Origin: Eledone cirrhosa
Taxonomy: Eukaryota
DNA: 64,000 bases
NCBI GenBank assembly: GCA_964016885.1
Contig: OZ024753.1
Coordinates: 36,890,001-36,954,000 of the forward strand
Direction: 5' to 3'
Under the pieces are notes generated by a model that was given only the letters and a program-made list of their open reading frames with translations, ran no database searches and was not told where the DNA came from. Positions 30,919 through 45,204 of this stretch are shown one piece after another (positions within the stretch are counted from its first letter, which is position 1; each line of letters begins with the position of its first letter). The translations under genes were made by a program, and so were the position numbers.

Positions 30919-31469
30919 TCATGTTACTGTGCATGCATACATAGAGCCGTGTGTGCAACCTTTTTCGAACGCGTGTGTAAGAACGTACGCGTGTACGTGT
31001 GTGTGTACGTGTGCGTGTGTGTGTATGCCTGTGTCTATGTTTTACAGATGAAGTGTTGAAAGATAAAGAAATATGTTTGGTTCCATCATATGTTCTTGAC
31101 GTGCTATGATGATGACGAAGTGACTTTGATCGAAACAAACATAAAACATATTGAGTTATGCCGCAACAAAACATATCTAAACTGAACGTTTATTTGTTCT
31201 GCTAGGATCTGTGTTAGATTCGATGTGATATGATTCCCTTAGAATGCGAAATCTTCGTACGCTTTGCGGGCAGATCACGTTTGTATTTTTTATGTTGTGT
31301 GGCTGCTGGCACTTAACTATGGTGAAAAACACAAACATGAGACCTCATAAGAAACACCTGTGGTATGAGAATACTAGAGAACAGATAATATTCCTCACAG
31401 AACACCAGGCAGCGTGCAGCTGCTTTGCTCACGTCCTTTATCCTTTTTTTTTTATTTATTTACTGATAT

Positions 31470-32305
31470 CGTCTTTTCGGTGTCGATAAAATGAAGTACC
31501 ACCAAAATTGTTGCTCTTGGGCCTAAATCAGAAATCATTGTTTACTGATCTTTGTTTAGGAGCCGATAAAATAAAGTACCAGTAAAGTACTGAGATCGAT
31601 TTAATCAACTTAACCCTCCCGCCAAAACAATTGTTGGTCTTGTGCTTAAATCAGAAACCATTATTTGCCGATCTCATCTTTTCGGGATCGCTCAAATAGA
31701 GTACCAGCCAAGTACTGGGTCTATATAATCGACTTTTCTTTCCCCACCAAAATAATTGCTTGTCTCGTACCTAAATTAGAAACCATTATTTCCTGGATTG
31801 GCAGTATCGGTCGAGGGTTGGACGCCATGCTTTCTAGCATAGTTACGTTTTGGGTTTGAGTTACCTTTACGGTTTGAGTTCAAATTCCGCTGAGGTTAAC
31901 TTTGCCTTTCATCCTTACGGGGTCGATAAAATAAAATACCAGTAATGTACTGAGTAATTGCTGGCCTTGTGCCTAAAGTAGAAACAATTATTTCCTGGAT
32001 TGGCAGTATCGGTCGAGGGTCGGTCGGACGCCATGCTTTGCAGCCCTTTATGATCTGAGTTCAAATCCCACCGAGGTTAACTTTGCCTTTCATCCTTACG
32101 AGGTCGATAAAATAAAGTACCAGTCACGCACTGGGGTCGATTTAATCGACTTTCCCCTCCCCCAAAATTACAGGCCATGTGCCTATATAAAAAACCATTA
32201 TTTCCTGGAGGGCGTTGGGTTGGCAGCACCGGCAGAGTGTTGTACAACATGCTTTGTGGCATATATTTACGTCACAGTAATGCACTAGAATCGATTTAAT
32301 CAACA
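31470..32305 (+). mobile_element. Head-to-tail array of ~6 SINE copies/fragments
   Basis: Repeated GATAAAATAAAGTACCAG..GTGCCTAAA..GAAAC.ATTATTT. Confidence 0.85.
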
Positions 32306-32678
32306 TTCTCCTCCCTCTCTTTGATACCGATAGAGAGAAACGGAACAACTTTCAATTAGTTATTTATGTATGTATCTCTTTAACTCTTAATATCCTGTAC
32401 CACATGATACTACATCAGCTAGACATGCTTGCAATGTACGAACACTTCGCTGTGACTGTATCACATTAAAAATGTAGGTGTTCACTCTAAAACTGCAAAA
32501 CGTTCACAAACATCCGTCTCTTAGTAAATGTATTAGAAACATTTGAATTAACAAACCATATGAAGTCACATAAACAGGACAATCTTGAAATGTATGAAAC
32601 CTCACTACGGCTGTTTTGCATTAAAAATGAAAGTATTCATTCACTCTAATACTACAAATGTTCACAACGATGTGTCCA

Positions 32679-33185
32679 CTAGTAAAGATATTATAGGTAC
32701 TAATTAACAATATTATAGGTACTAATTAACACTAGTAAAAATATTATAGGTACTAATTAACAATATTATAGGTACTAATTAACACTAGTAAAGATATTAT
32801 AGGTACTAATTAACAATATTATAGGTACTAATTAACACTATAGTAAAGATATTATAGGTACTAATTAACACTAGTAAAGATATTATAGGTACTAATTAAC
32901 AATATTATAGGTACTAATTAACACTAGTAAAGATATTATAGGTACTAATTAACAATATTATAGGTACTAATTAACACTAGTAAAGATATTATAGGTACTA
33001 ATTAACAATATTATAGGTACTAATTAACACTAGTAAATATATTATAGGTACTAATTAACAATATTATAGGTACTAATTAACACTAGTAAAGATATTATAG
33101 GTACTAATTAACACTAGTAAAGATATTATAGGTACTAATTAACAATATTATAGGTACTAATTAACACTAGTAAAGATATTATAAG
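32679..33185. repeat. Minisatellite of alternating 30- and 22-bp units
   Basis: CTAGTAAAGATATTATAGGTACTAATTAACA / ATATTATAGGTACTAATTAACA. Confidence 0.92.
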
Positions 33186-33594
33186 TAGTTGAATTAACAA
33201 ACCCGTTTTTAGACATTTTCTGCTGAATCATTATAGGATGTTCAGAGTTTCCACGAAAAGTCTTCAATCGTTCGATCAACTAACTGAACGTGGTGAATTA
33301 ATGTGTAAGCGTTTGAGTATTGTTGAGGCCCGTGACCAAGTGGTAAGGGTGTTGGACTTACGATTATAATGTCGTGGGTTCGATTCCTGGACTGCGTTGT
33401 GTGTTGTGTTCTTGAATAAAAAGATTCACTTCACGTTTCAGGCTCCTAAAAACCGTTTCAGAATATAGCTTGATTTGGTTGCGTGTATTTGTGTGTATGT
33501 ATCTACATGCATCTTTGTGTATTGTGTATGTGTATGTGTGCGTGTGTTTGCTTATATACCAATACATGCATGCATACATAGATGCATACATTCA

Positions 33595-34300
33595 TACGTA
33601 TTATATACATACATACATATTATATGCATACATATTATATACATACATATAGACATACATATATGCATACATACATATTATATACATACATATATACATA
33701 CATATATGCATACATACATATTATATACATACATATTATATACATACATATTATATACATACATATAGACATACATATATGCATACATACATATTATATA
33801 CATACATATATACATACATATATGCATACATACATATTATATACATACATATTATATACATACATATAGACATACATATATGCATACATACATATTATAT
33901 ACATACATATATACATACATATATGCATACATACATATTATATACATACATATTATATACATACATATAGACATACATATATGCATACATACATATTATA
34001 TACATACATATATACATACATATATGCATACATACATATTATATACATACATATTATATACATACATATAGACATACATATATGCATACATACATATTAT
34101 ATACATACATATATACATACATATATGCATACATACATATTATATACATACATATTATATACATACATATAGACATACATATATGCATACATACATATTA
34201 TATACATACATATATACATACATATATGCATACATACATATTATATACATACATATTATATACATACATATATACATACATATATGCATACATACATATT
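33595..34300. repeat. 101-bp higher-order repeat of CATA-type microsatellite
   Basis: Identical ORFs start every 101 nt (33779, 33880, 33981, 34082, 34183). Confidence 0.92.
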
Positions 34301-34491
34301 ATAAACAGAATATAAAACAAAGCATATTTCTCTCCTTGCGGTGCAGATGGTGTGTTGGTAAATATTTTTCTTTGATTCTTACGGACGTACTAAAATATTT
34401 AGACTACTTATGACAGGCTAAAGCAATAAGCAGCATGACATTCGACATATATATAGCTGCTTAGTTAACTCTCTCTCTCTCTATATATATA

Positions 34492-34641
<150 letters not shown>

Positions 34642-34642
34642 G

Positions 34643-34734
<92 letters not shown>

Positions 34735-34848
34735 TATATTATATATATATGTATGTATGTGTATATATTTGTACTGCCATATATCTTAATCTTAATCTAT
34801 CTTTCATTATGACAATGTATCTGTTTATTAATCTCTGAAACTTGTACG

Positions 34849-34969
<121 letters not shown>

Positions 34970-34987
34970 TATATGTATATATATATG

Positions 34988-35245
<258 letters not shown>

Positions 35246-35393
35246 GAGAGAGAGAGAGAGTTGTGTCTGTCTGTGACACTACTTGTCAAGATATATTACA
35301 TATGTTCAAATTCTAACCTTCCAGTATATCTAACACTATATATATACAATATATACATTTACTGTTTACATATACACACAGACACACACATAT

Positions 35394-35452
<59 letters not shown>

Positions 35453-35526
35453 ATGTGTGTGTATATATATATATGTATATATATATATGTATCTATATAT
35501 GTATGTATCTATATATATATATATAA

Positions 35527-35568
<42 letters not shown>

Positions 35569-35658
35569 ATATATGTATATATGTATATATATATATGTAT
35601 ATATATACATCTATATGTATATATATATATATATATACATACATATATATATATATAC

Positions 35659-35718
<60 letters not shown>

Positions 35719-35747
35719 ACATACATATATGTATACATACATATATG

Positions 35748-35836
<89 letters not shown>

Positions 35837-36179
35837 AAGCGTTTTTTGTTGGCAAGTTCTTTTTTTTTATCGAAAGCAGTCTATATCAACAAGATTGTTT
35901 AGTTTGTTGTTAATTTCTGTTTTTCAAAAGAGAGCGTGTTAAGTAATGCTACAGAACAAGCAAAGAAAACAATAAAGAAGTAGTAGAAGAAAGAAAGAAA
36001 GTGAGTATGTGTGTGTCTGTGTGTGTGTGTGTGTATTCTTTAAAGAAAAAGACAGAAAAGACATGAATAGAAATAATGACAGTAATACGAATAAGAAGCA
36101 AAAAAAATAGATGAATTAAAAGGAATATATATATATATATATACATACATACACATATATATATATATATCTGTGTGTG

Positions 36180-36237
<58 letters not shown>

Positions 36238-36305
36238 TATATATATACATGCATACACATATATATATACACACACACACATATATATATATGTGTGCAT
36301 GTATG

Positions 36306-36374
<69 letters not shown>

Positions 36375-36424
36375 GCACACACACACATATATATATATAT
36401 AGAGAGAGAGAGGTGCTATTGCGA

Positions 36425-36972
36425 CTACAGTAACAACAACTACAACAACAGCAACAGCAGAACTACAACATAAGCATCAAGAATAACAACAGCAAAACAA
36501 CAGCAACAGCAACAACAACAGTAACAACAGCAGAATAACATCAACAACATCAGCAGCAACAACATCAGCAGCAGCAACAACAACAGCAACAACAACAGCA
36601 ACACAGCAGCAACAACAACATCAGCAAGAACAACAGTAACAACAACAGCAGAAAAACAACAACAACAACAACAACAACAACATCAAGCAACAGGAGCAAA
36701 GGAGACAAAAAAATCAACAAAATTTAAAAGAAAAGACATTAACAACAGCAACAACAACAACAACAACAACAACAGCAAGAACAGCAGAACTACAACAACA
36801 GCAACAACATCAGCAACAACAACAGCAACAGCAACAGCAACAACAACAACAACAACAACATCAAGCAGCAGGAGCAAAGAAGACAAAAAAATCAACAAAA
36901 TAAAAATAAAAAACACAACAACAGCAGCAACAGCAGAACAACAAGAACATCAGCAGTAACAACAACAGCAGC

Positions 36973-37005
<33 letters not shown>

Positions 37006-37322
37006 AGATTAAAGCAAGTAGAAATATTTAATAGAAACAACCAAAAGTTAAGCTACAGCTGTAGTATTAATGCTAACAACAAACAACAATAAACATTGCC
37101 TGTAGGTATCTTACACTTTATAATACTTCTTGTTAGAAATATTGTAGCTTCTGTTGTTTTAACAACTCTTATAAGAAATACTACTACTACTACTACTACT
37201 ACTGCTGCTACTGCTGCTACTACTGCTACTACTACTACTACTACTACCACCACTACTACTACTAATAGTGCTGCTACTACTACTACTACCACCACAACCA
37301 CCACCACCATCGTCACTATTAC

Positions 37323-37358
<36 letters not shown>

Positions 37359-37683
37359 CACTACTACTACTACCACTACCACCACCACTACTACTATTAC
37401 TACCACTACTACTACTTCGTCTGCTTTTTCTTCTCATTCGTCTGCTTTTTTCTTCTTTTTCTTCTCCTTATCCAACTTCTTCTTGGTATTCTTGTTACTC
37501 TTTTTCTTCTTGTTGCTGTTGTTGTTGTTGTTATTATTGTTGCTATTGTTGCTGCTGTTGTTATTCTTCGTCTTGATATTGCTGTCGTTGGTCTTTTTTT
37601 TTTTAATGGTTCTAGTTGTTTTTATTGCTGTTGTTGTTATTGTTATTGTCACTGTTACTGCTGCTGTTGTTATTGTTATTATT

Positions 37684-37718
<35 letters not shown>

Positions 37719-37720
37719 CA
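36425..37720. repeat. CAA/CAG, CTA and TTG trinucleotide complex
   Basis: Direct inspection. Confidence 0.9.
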
Positions 37721-37962
37721 TCCGTTGTAAACATAGCTACTGTTGTTACATCAAGATGCTGTTTGTTTATTTACCGCACAAGTGGGTCTCTCTTCAACAG
37801 TCAGACGGTTTTACACAAAATAACAAATACAAATTAAAAAAATACCCGTATTTCCAGCCTGCTTCAAAATGTTTATTTTCAACTATAGCTAAAACATACA
37901 TACATATATATATGTAGGCATACATACATATATATATATATATGTAGGCATACATACATACA

Positions 37963-38011
<49 letters not shown>

Positions 38012-38034
38012 GCAAGCATACGTATATATGTATA

Positions 38035-38102
<68 letters not shown>

Positions 38103-38190
38103 CATACACATACATACATACATACATACATACATACATACATACATACATACATACATACATACATACATACATACATACATACATACA

Positions 38191-39438
38191 TACAGAAGAG
38201 TAAAAAAAATATGGTCATCAGAACTGTCAGCATACAACAAATACATTACCCACAATACCTATGCTGTGCCAATTCTAACGCCAACATTTGGCCTACTGAA
38301 CTGGTCATTGCAAGAACTAAGTGAGATGGATGTTAGAACTCGAAAACTTCTCAGTGTTACTGGGAACTTTAACATCAATAGTGATGTGGATAGGTTATAC
38401 TTCTCACGCAAGGAAGGTGGCCGGGGTCTAAAATCAATATTAACAACATATGAGACCCGGATAGTAACACTGAAGCAACACCTTCAACAGAGGAAAAAGG
38501 TTGGCGACCATCTTGCTCAGGTTTATGAGCATGAAAAAAGAAATATCATTAGAATAGCGACTGATCTGGAGGAGAGATATGGAATAAAGCCTGATATAAA
38601 TCTCTCACCCAGAGAAATCGGAAGATCCTATTCAATGTTCAAACAAGAAAAAAAAATTGACCAATTTACAGAGAAAGTTGTGCAGGGATACTTGAGGCGT
38701 AAAACACAGACCATAGAGGGGATAAACCACTCAAAAAGCCTGGCATGGAGTTCCGACAAGTTTATGACATCACACCTTGAGGGATATCTCTATGCAATAC
38801 AGGAACAAGAACTCCCTACCAAATATCTGCTGCACAAAAGAGGAGGGCCAGCAGCTGACAATAAATGTAGGCTATGTAAAACAAAGATCGAGGATGTAAG
38901 CCACATTGTTGCCAGCTGCGAAAGAATGTCATCTCGCTACTACCTCCCCATGAGACACGATGGGATAGCTAGAACTATCTGGAACGCACTTCGGAAAACA
39001 AAATTAACAACAAACGAGGAAGAATATATTGAGACAGATGGCACTAAGGAATACTGGTGGAACCTGAAAATAAAAACTGCCACCAAATTAAAGCACAACC
39101 GGCCTGATATTGTAGTTTGGGACCACACATTGAAAACGTGTTCTGTTGTGGAGATCAGCTGCCCACTTGATGTAAACGTTGTCAGAAAAATACAGGAGAA
39201 GGAGGACATCTACGGACCATTGATGAGGAGCTTACAAATCCAGTATCCAAGATACACCTTTAGCTTCATACCCATCATTATTGGTGCTACGGGTTATATA
39301 CCAACCCTCTTGGACCAAAGTATGACCGAACTTGGATTTGCGGACAAAAAGCGCAGCTCCCTAATTCATAGTCTACAAATGGCTGCGATAGCTGGCACCT
39401 TCAAAATATGCAAAACATTCTTGCGATTCAAGGGATGA
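38191..39438 (+). CDS. Partial ORF: RT thumb, CCHC knuckle, RLE endonuclease
   Basis: [75 protein letters not shown]; no stops. Confidence 0.88.
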   Translation, partial: YRRVKKIWSSELSAYNKYITHNTYAVPILTPTFGLLNWSLQELSEMDVRTRKLLSVTGNFNINSDVDRLYFSRKEGGRGLKSILTTYETRIVTLKQHLQQRKKVGDHLAQVYEHEKRNIIRIATDLEERYGIKPDINLSPREIGRSYSMFKQEKKIDQFTEKVVQGYLRRKTQTIEGINHSKSLAWSSDKFMTSHLEGYLYAIQEQELPTKYLLHKRGGPAADNKCRLCKTKIEDVSHIVASCERMSSRYYLPMRHDGIARTIWNALRKTKLTTNEEEYIETDGTKEYWWNLKIKTATKLKHNRPDIVVWDHTLKTCSVVEISCPLDVNVVRKIQEKEDIYGPLMRSLQIQYPRYTFSFIPIIIGATGYIPTLLDQSMTELGFADKKRSSLIHSLQMAAIAGTFKICKTFLRFKG

Positions 39439-39519
39439 CAATTTCTTTTCTTTTACAACCTTGCCACCAGGAAGGTGGCCGGTCAAAAAAATATACTCGA
39501 AATTAAGAGAAAGAGAAAA
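38191..39519 (+). mobile_element. 5'-truncated R4/Dong-like non-LTR retrotransposon with restriction-like endonuclease
   Basis: Flanked on both sides by (TACA)n; ~80-bp 3' UTR. Confidence 0.85.
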
Positions 39520-39984
39520 CATACATACATACATACATACATACATACATACATACATACATACATACATACATAAATGCAGGCATACATATATACATAC
39601 TTGCAAGCATACGTACATCTATGTATGCATACGTACATATATATATTCATACATATACATATACATACTTACATACATACATACATACATGCATGTATAT
39701 ATGTTTGTATGCATGCATATATATACACACACACATTTTTTTTTTCTTCCTAATAATCGTTTTTTTCTCCCTATATATATATATACCCGTATTCTTATAT
39801 TCATATATAAATATACGCACACAGGCCGACACAGAGACAGACACTTGCACATACACAATAGACAGGAAACTCCACCAAGCTTACTTGGTGAGAAGTGTGA
39901 TCCTTGGACACCCTGTCTGATGAATAACAAAACCCCTCAAAGGGTGAAGAAAATCAGGAGAGTCAACGACCATCCAATGGTGTG

Positions 39985-40066
<82 letters not shown>

Positions 40067-40224
40067 CATATATATATACATTCATATATATATATATACA
40101 TACATATATATATACATACATATATATGTGTGTGTGTATATATATATATATATACATACATATATATACACATATATATCATCATCATCATCATTTTACG
40201 TCCGCTTTTTCCCTGATTATATAT

Positions 40225-40284
40225 GATGGCTGCCCCCTCGTTATCGAGTATGGCCATTGCACAATAAAAAAAAAAAAAAAAAAA

Positions 40285-40336
<52 letters not shown>

Positions 40337-40415
40337 GCAATAATAATAATAACGACAACAACAATAATAATATACATATTCATATATATATACACACACA
40401 CGCACGCACATAAGC

Positions 40416-40453
<38 letters not shown>

Positions 40454-43131
40454 GATAGCAACTAACAGTGCTGCGATCGAATGTGGCTTTTTAGCCCAGC
40501 CAATGATCCAAAATGTCTTGCACAGAGTCGGCAACCAAAACATTTACTGGGAATAGTCGGCTGTGGTTGGAGTTCGTGTACTTTTGCATGTCGCTTGAGT
40601 CCTCCTGCTGATTTACATTCTCTACCACATGTTTGGCAAGCATGATGAGTAGCATCTCCAACAGCAGCCTGGTAGTCAACCACTGGTCTTACTTTATGAC
40701 TGCGAAGATGACTTTCGAGTCCAGCTTTGCTTAGGCAGAGTCTCGCACAGACGCTGCATGTCAGAAACATAGGAGGACCCTCGCCGTCTGGAAGTGCAAC
40801 AGCAATACCCTTCCTCACGTCCCGCTTTACTTTCTCGTGTGCGATTCGAGATGCCTCAAAGGCAACTTTTCCCTCATATACAGTCTTTCTCCATTTATTA
40901 CGATCAGCAGCAATATTTTCCCATGTATCAGCAGAGATGTTAGCGTCTTTCAGAGAGGCCTTCAAGGAATCCTTATACCTCTTTTTTGGTTTATGTGGCG
41001 GTCGTTTTCCTTTAACCAACTCTCCATAGAAGAGTTGTTTTGGTATTCTAGAATCCTTCATCCTGGCAAGGTGACCACTCCAACGGAGTCGCTGCTTAAG
41101 CACAAGAGCTTCTATACTGTCACACATAGAGCTTTCCAAAATCTCGACATCACTGATGTGGTCCCTCCAGCGAACGCCATGTATCCGTCTGAGACACATC
41201 TGATGGAAACGCTCCAATTGCTTAAGGTGGCGTCGATATGTGACCCAGGTCTCGCAGGCATAAAGAAGACAAGAGAGTACACATGCCCTGTACACCTTTA
41301 CCTTTGTCCTCCTGCATATGTCTCGCCGACCCCAGAGTCGCCTTTCTAGCTTTCCGAAAGCATCACTTGCTTTCCTAATCCTAAGTGAGATTTCACTGTC
41401 AAGGTTGCCGTATCGATTGACAGTGCTTCCCAGGTAGACAAACTGATCAACCACTCCAAGTCGTTTGCCATACACATAGATGTTTGGTTCAGTGTACTGC
41501 CTACCAGGTGCAGGTTGGTACATGACGACGGTTTTCTTGAGACTGACAGTCAAACCCAGGGCAGTGCAAGCGTCAGAAAATACATTCAAAATGTGCTGCA
41601 TATCACTCTCTGTGTGCGCTACAAGATCGCAATCATCTGCATACAAGAGGTCTCTTATGACTGATGTAAATACTTTTGTCTTCGCAGCAAAGCGCCTGAT
41701 GTTAAATATGCTGCCTGAGGTTCGATATCGGATGTAAACACCATGCTCGCAATTCCTGAATGCAATACAGAAAACCATTGCAAAGTATATGGCAAACAGG
41801 GTCGGTGCTGGAATATCCCCCTGTTTCACTCCATTTTTTACTGAGATAGGCTCCGACATGTTACCTCCGACATTAACCCAAGCCTTCATGTCGTCATGGA
41901 AAGACCTAACTAAAGCAAGGAACTTATCAGGGCAACCAAGTTTCTGGAGAACCTTCCATAATGCATCTCTGTTGACAGTATCGAAAGCCTTTGTCAGATC
42001 GACAAAAACCTGATACAGATCCAAGCCCTGTTCAATGCACTTCTCCTGGAGCTGTCTAGCTGAGAAGATCATATCAGTAGTGCCGCGTCCAACACGAAAA
42101 CCAGATTGACTTTCAGGAAGGACACAATCTGCAATGTGTGTCAGCAGACGGTCCAGAAGCACCCTACATAAAACTTTCCCCACGACAGAAAGCAATGATA
42201 TACCTCTGTAGTTCCCACAATCATTGCTGTTACCCTTTCCCTTGTACAAGACCACCATTACTGCATCTCTCCAGTCCTCAGGCACGGATTCATTAGCCCA
42301 TATCCTTCCAAACAGAGAGTGAAGATGTTGCAGGAGTCTCTCACCACCATATTGTAGGAGCTCAGCATGTATGCCATCCATACCTGGAGATCTTCCACTG
42401 TTCAGCTTCGAAATAGCCACTGCAACCTCCACAAGTGTCGGAGGCTCTGCGAGAGCTACTTTCACAGGACTTTCCGGAATGAGATTGAGGAAATCTTCAC
42501 TGACGACAGACGGCTGATTCAAAAGATCATCAAAGTGCTCCCGCCACCTTCGTAGAATTCCCTGTGAGTCACGAAGAAGTTCTTTGCCATCCTTGCTGCG
42601 AATCGGTGTCACCAGAGAAGAAGACGGTCCATAAACCTCACGCAAGAGACTGTACAACAGCTTTGTGTTATTGCAATCAGACGCAGTTTGTATCTCACCA
42701 GCCTTCTCACTCCACCACTGATCCTTCATCTGAGAAAGACTCCGCCTAACACGTGATTTTACATCCCTGAGCTCCTCATGCAACGTATTCCTCTCCTGTG
42801 GTCTTGCCGTCAAGTAGCGTGACAGAGCGCGCCTCTTATCAGCCAACAAGTCATCTATATGCACATCTTTCTCATTAAACCAGTCCTGATGTTTTCTCTG
42901 CACCAATCCCAGAACACGTCTGCCTACATCATAAACCGACTTTTTAAGGGTCGGCCAATCCTCACCAAGATCTGCAGCCTGCATCTCTTCTTCCAATGTC
43001 CTCTTCACATTTTTATCCTTAAGACGAGCAGCATTCAATCTTTTGGGCAGGGTAACACCAGGAGCCCGGATTTTACGTTTGGTGATTAGATTCACTTTTG
43101 CGCGTACCAGGCGGTGGTCCGTCCAGCACTC
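40225..43131 (-). mobile_element. Young 5'-truncated RTE (BovB-like) LINE
   Basis: Boundaries defined by the empty site in the inverted duplicate at ~43633-43647. The 3' UTR is expanded by microsatellites. Confidence 0.9.
40462..43131 (-). CDS. RTE ORF: end of APE endonuclease, complete reverse transcriptase, three C2H2 zinc fingers
   Basis: TDHRLV, SPGMDGI, NYRGISLL, QSGFR, FVDLTKAFD, GVKQG, YADD, YLGS, RLRWSGH, then three CxxC..H..H fingers; uninterrupted. Confidence 0.93.
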   Translation of the reverse strand, partial: ECWTDHRLVRAKVNLITKRKIRAPGVTLPKRLNAARLKDKNVKRTLEEEMQAADLGEDWPTLKKSVYDVGRRVLGLVQRKHQDWFNEKDVHIDDLLADKRRALSRYLTARPQERNTLHEELRDVKSRVRRSLSQMKDQWWSEKAGEIQTASDCNNTKLLYSLLREVYGPSSSLVTPIRSKDGKELLRDSQGILRRWREHFDDLLNQPSVVSEDFLNLIPESPVKVALAEPPTLVEVAVAISKLNSGRSPGMDGIHAELLQYGGERLLQHLHSLFGRIWANESVPEDWRDAVMVVLYKGKGNSNDCGNYRGISLLSVVGKVLCRVLLDRLLTHIADCVLPESQSGFRVGRGTTDMIFSARQLQEKCIEQGLDLYQVFVDLTKAFDTVNRDALWKVLQKLGCPDKFLALVRSFHDDMKAWVNVGGNMSEPISVKNGVKQGDIPAPTLFAIYFAMVFCIAFRNCEHGVYIRYRTSGSIFNIRRFAAKTKVFTSVIRDLLYADDCDLVAHTESDMQHILNVFSDACTALGLTVSLKKTVVMYQPAPGRQYTEPNIYVYGKRLGVVDQFVYLGSTVNRYGNLDSEISLRIRKASDAFGKLERRLWGRRDICRRTKVKVYRACVLSCLLYACETWVTYRRHLKQLERFHQMCLRRIHGVRWRDHISDVEILESSMCDSIEALVLKQRLRWSGHLARMKDSRIPKQLFYGELVKGKRPPHKPKKRYKDSLKASLKDANISADTWENIAADRNKWRKTVYEGKVAFEASRIAHEKVKRDVRKGIAVALPDGEGPPMFLTCSVCARLCLSKAGLESHLRSHKVRPVVDYQAAVGDATHHACQTCGRECKSAGGLKRHAKVHELQPQPTIPSKCFGCRLCARHFGSLAGLKSHIRSQHC

Positions 43132-43237
43132 ATATATATATACACACATACACACACATATATATTATATATATATATATATATATCAAAAAGAAGTTGA
43201 AAATGCAGTTGGAGTCTTTAAGAAGGTTTATTTACAA

Positions 43238-43278
43238 TAACTTTACCGGTTTCACAGTTTCATGCTTTTCAAAAGTTA
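43238..43278 (-). ncRNA. Variant minimal hammerhead (U3-A8 core)
   Basis: Mirror copy of 43501-43541. Confidence 0.65.
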
Positions 43279-43500
43279 AGAGAGATGGAGAGATGTGTGA
43301 CTATACCATTGTGTAACTCACATCTGTATATATATATATATTTAATTCTTTAAAATAGTTGGAAAATTGTCTTAACTGATGAAGGACTAGCATCCAAAAG
43401 GTTAAGACAATTTTCCAACTATTTTAAAGAATTAAATATATATATATATATACAGATGTGAGTTACACAATGGTATAGTCACACATCTCTCCATCTCTCT

Positions 43501-43541
43501 TAACTTTTGAAAAGCATGAAACTGTGAAACCGGTAAAGTTA
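43501..43541 (+). ncRNA. Variant minimal hammerhead (U3-A8 core)
   Basis: TAACTT-TTGAAAA-GCA-TGAAAC-TGT-GAAA-CCGG-TA-AAGTTA. Confidence 0.68.
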
Positions 43542-43761
43542 TTGTAAATAAACTTTCTTAAAGACTCCAACTGCATTTTCAACTTCTTTTTGATATATAT
43601 ATATATATAATATATATGTGTGTGTATGTGTGTATATATATATAATCAGGGAAAAAGCGGACGTAAAATGATGATGATGATGATATATATGTGTATATAT
43701 ATGTATGTATATATATATATATATACACACACACATATATATGTATGTATATATATATATG

Positions 43762-43843
<82 letters not shown>

Positions 43844-44604
43844 CACACCATTGGATGGTCGTTGACTCTCCTGATTTTCTTCACCCTTTGAGGGGTTTTG
43901 TTATTCATCAGACAACTGATGAAGGACTAGCATCCAAAAGGTTGTTTGTTTGAGTGAGGGAAGAAAAGACACCACCAACACCAACAGCACCCTTACTATC
44001 ACCACCACCATTAACGCCACCCCGCCACTATTAACACTAAATAACCACAAACACGAACATCATCATCACTATCACTACCAACACCAAAACCATATACACA
44101 CCATCAGCACCACCACAACTATCACTACTATCCCCCAACACCACTCCCATCGCTACTATCACCACTAAGACCACCACCAGCGACAACAACACCTCCACTA
44201 TCATGACCACCAACAACACCATCACTATTTTCACTATCAACACCAGCAACACCACCACTATCACGACCAACATCACCATAAATGAAAACAATAGCAAAAA
44301 GAACGATCATTTTTATGCCGTAGTATAAACATTAATCGAGATGTTGGTGCTGAAGTGAGACGTACTGAACTAACCTATGTTAAAATATCAGCCAGATTCT
44401 TGTGAACATGTGTGAACAAAATGGTGTCTTGTTGGAAAGTTTGCAAATAGTTGCATATAAACTTGTTGGCACTATGGAACTAAAACATACTATATCCCCT
44501 CCCCTGGCATTACATTCCCCTTCCCTCTTCTCTTATCTCTCATTATTTGTTAACTGTGCTCTGCTGGCATTGTATATATATATATATAAATATATATATA
44601 TACA

Positions 44605-44707
44605 ATGAAATAATAATTGCCTTATGTTGTTTATTACATAACTATATATATATATATATATATGTTTATCCCGAGTTAAATCAGGGGCAACCACAGTAAG
44701 TAAGGTA

Positions 44708-44739
<32 letters not shown>

Positions 44740-44783
44740 GTTTATCCCGAGTTAAATCAGGGGCAACCACAGTAAGTAAGGTA

Positions 44784-44821
<38 letters not shown>

Positions 44822-44865
44822 TACCTTACTTACTGTGGTTGCCCGTGATTTAACCCGGGATAAAC

Positions 44866-44897
<32 letters not shown>

Positions 44898-44938
44898 TAC
44901 CTTACTTACTGTGGTTGCCCGTGATTTAACCCGGGATA

Positions 44939-44984
<46 letters not shown>

Positions 44985-45016
44985 TGTAATAAACAACATA
45001 AGGCAATTATTTCATT
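44605..45016. repeat. Palindrome of family D and C ends with internal tandem duplication
   Basis: Two forward then two reverse copies of TGTTTATCCCG.GTTAAATCA.GGGCAACCACAGTAAGTAAGGTACATTG around ~44800. Confidence 0.88.
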
Positions 45017-45070
45017 TACCAGTGGTTTCTTGAAAGCAAACAAATTTTGCTTTCAATCATCAGAATGAAA
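45010..45070 (-). ncRNA. Type-I hammerhead ribozyme (family D)
   Basis: rc: TTTCATT-CTGATGA-TTGAAAGCAAA-ATTTG-TTTGCTTTCAA-GAAA-CCA-C-TGG-TA-AATGAAA. Confidence 0.9.
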
Positions 45071-45146
45071 AAATCCTGAAGCTCTGTAACCTACATAGAG
45101 CACTCTTTTTTCCTGGACATTTCATTTCCGACGGAATTACTTCATT

Positions 45147-45201
<55 letters not shown>

Positions 45202-45204
<3 letters not shown>

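Larger units (their letters stand above)
43132..43914. repeat. Large palindrome centred ~43389, whose outer arm pairs with 39914-40224
   Basis: 43132-43376 is the rc of 43401-43643; 43644-43914 is the rc of 39914-40220. Confidence 0.92.

Noticed and set aside
39915-39960. CTGATGA followed by GAAA
   Set aside because: No stem II closing at GAAA and no stem I/III.
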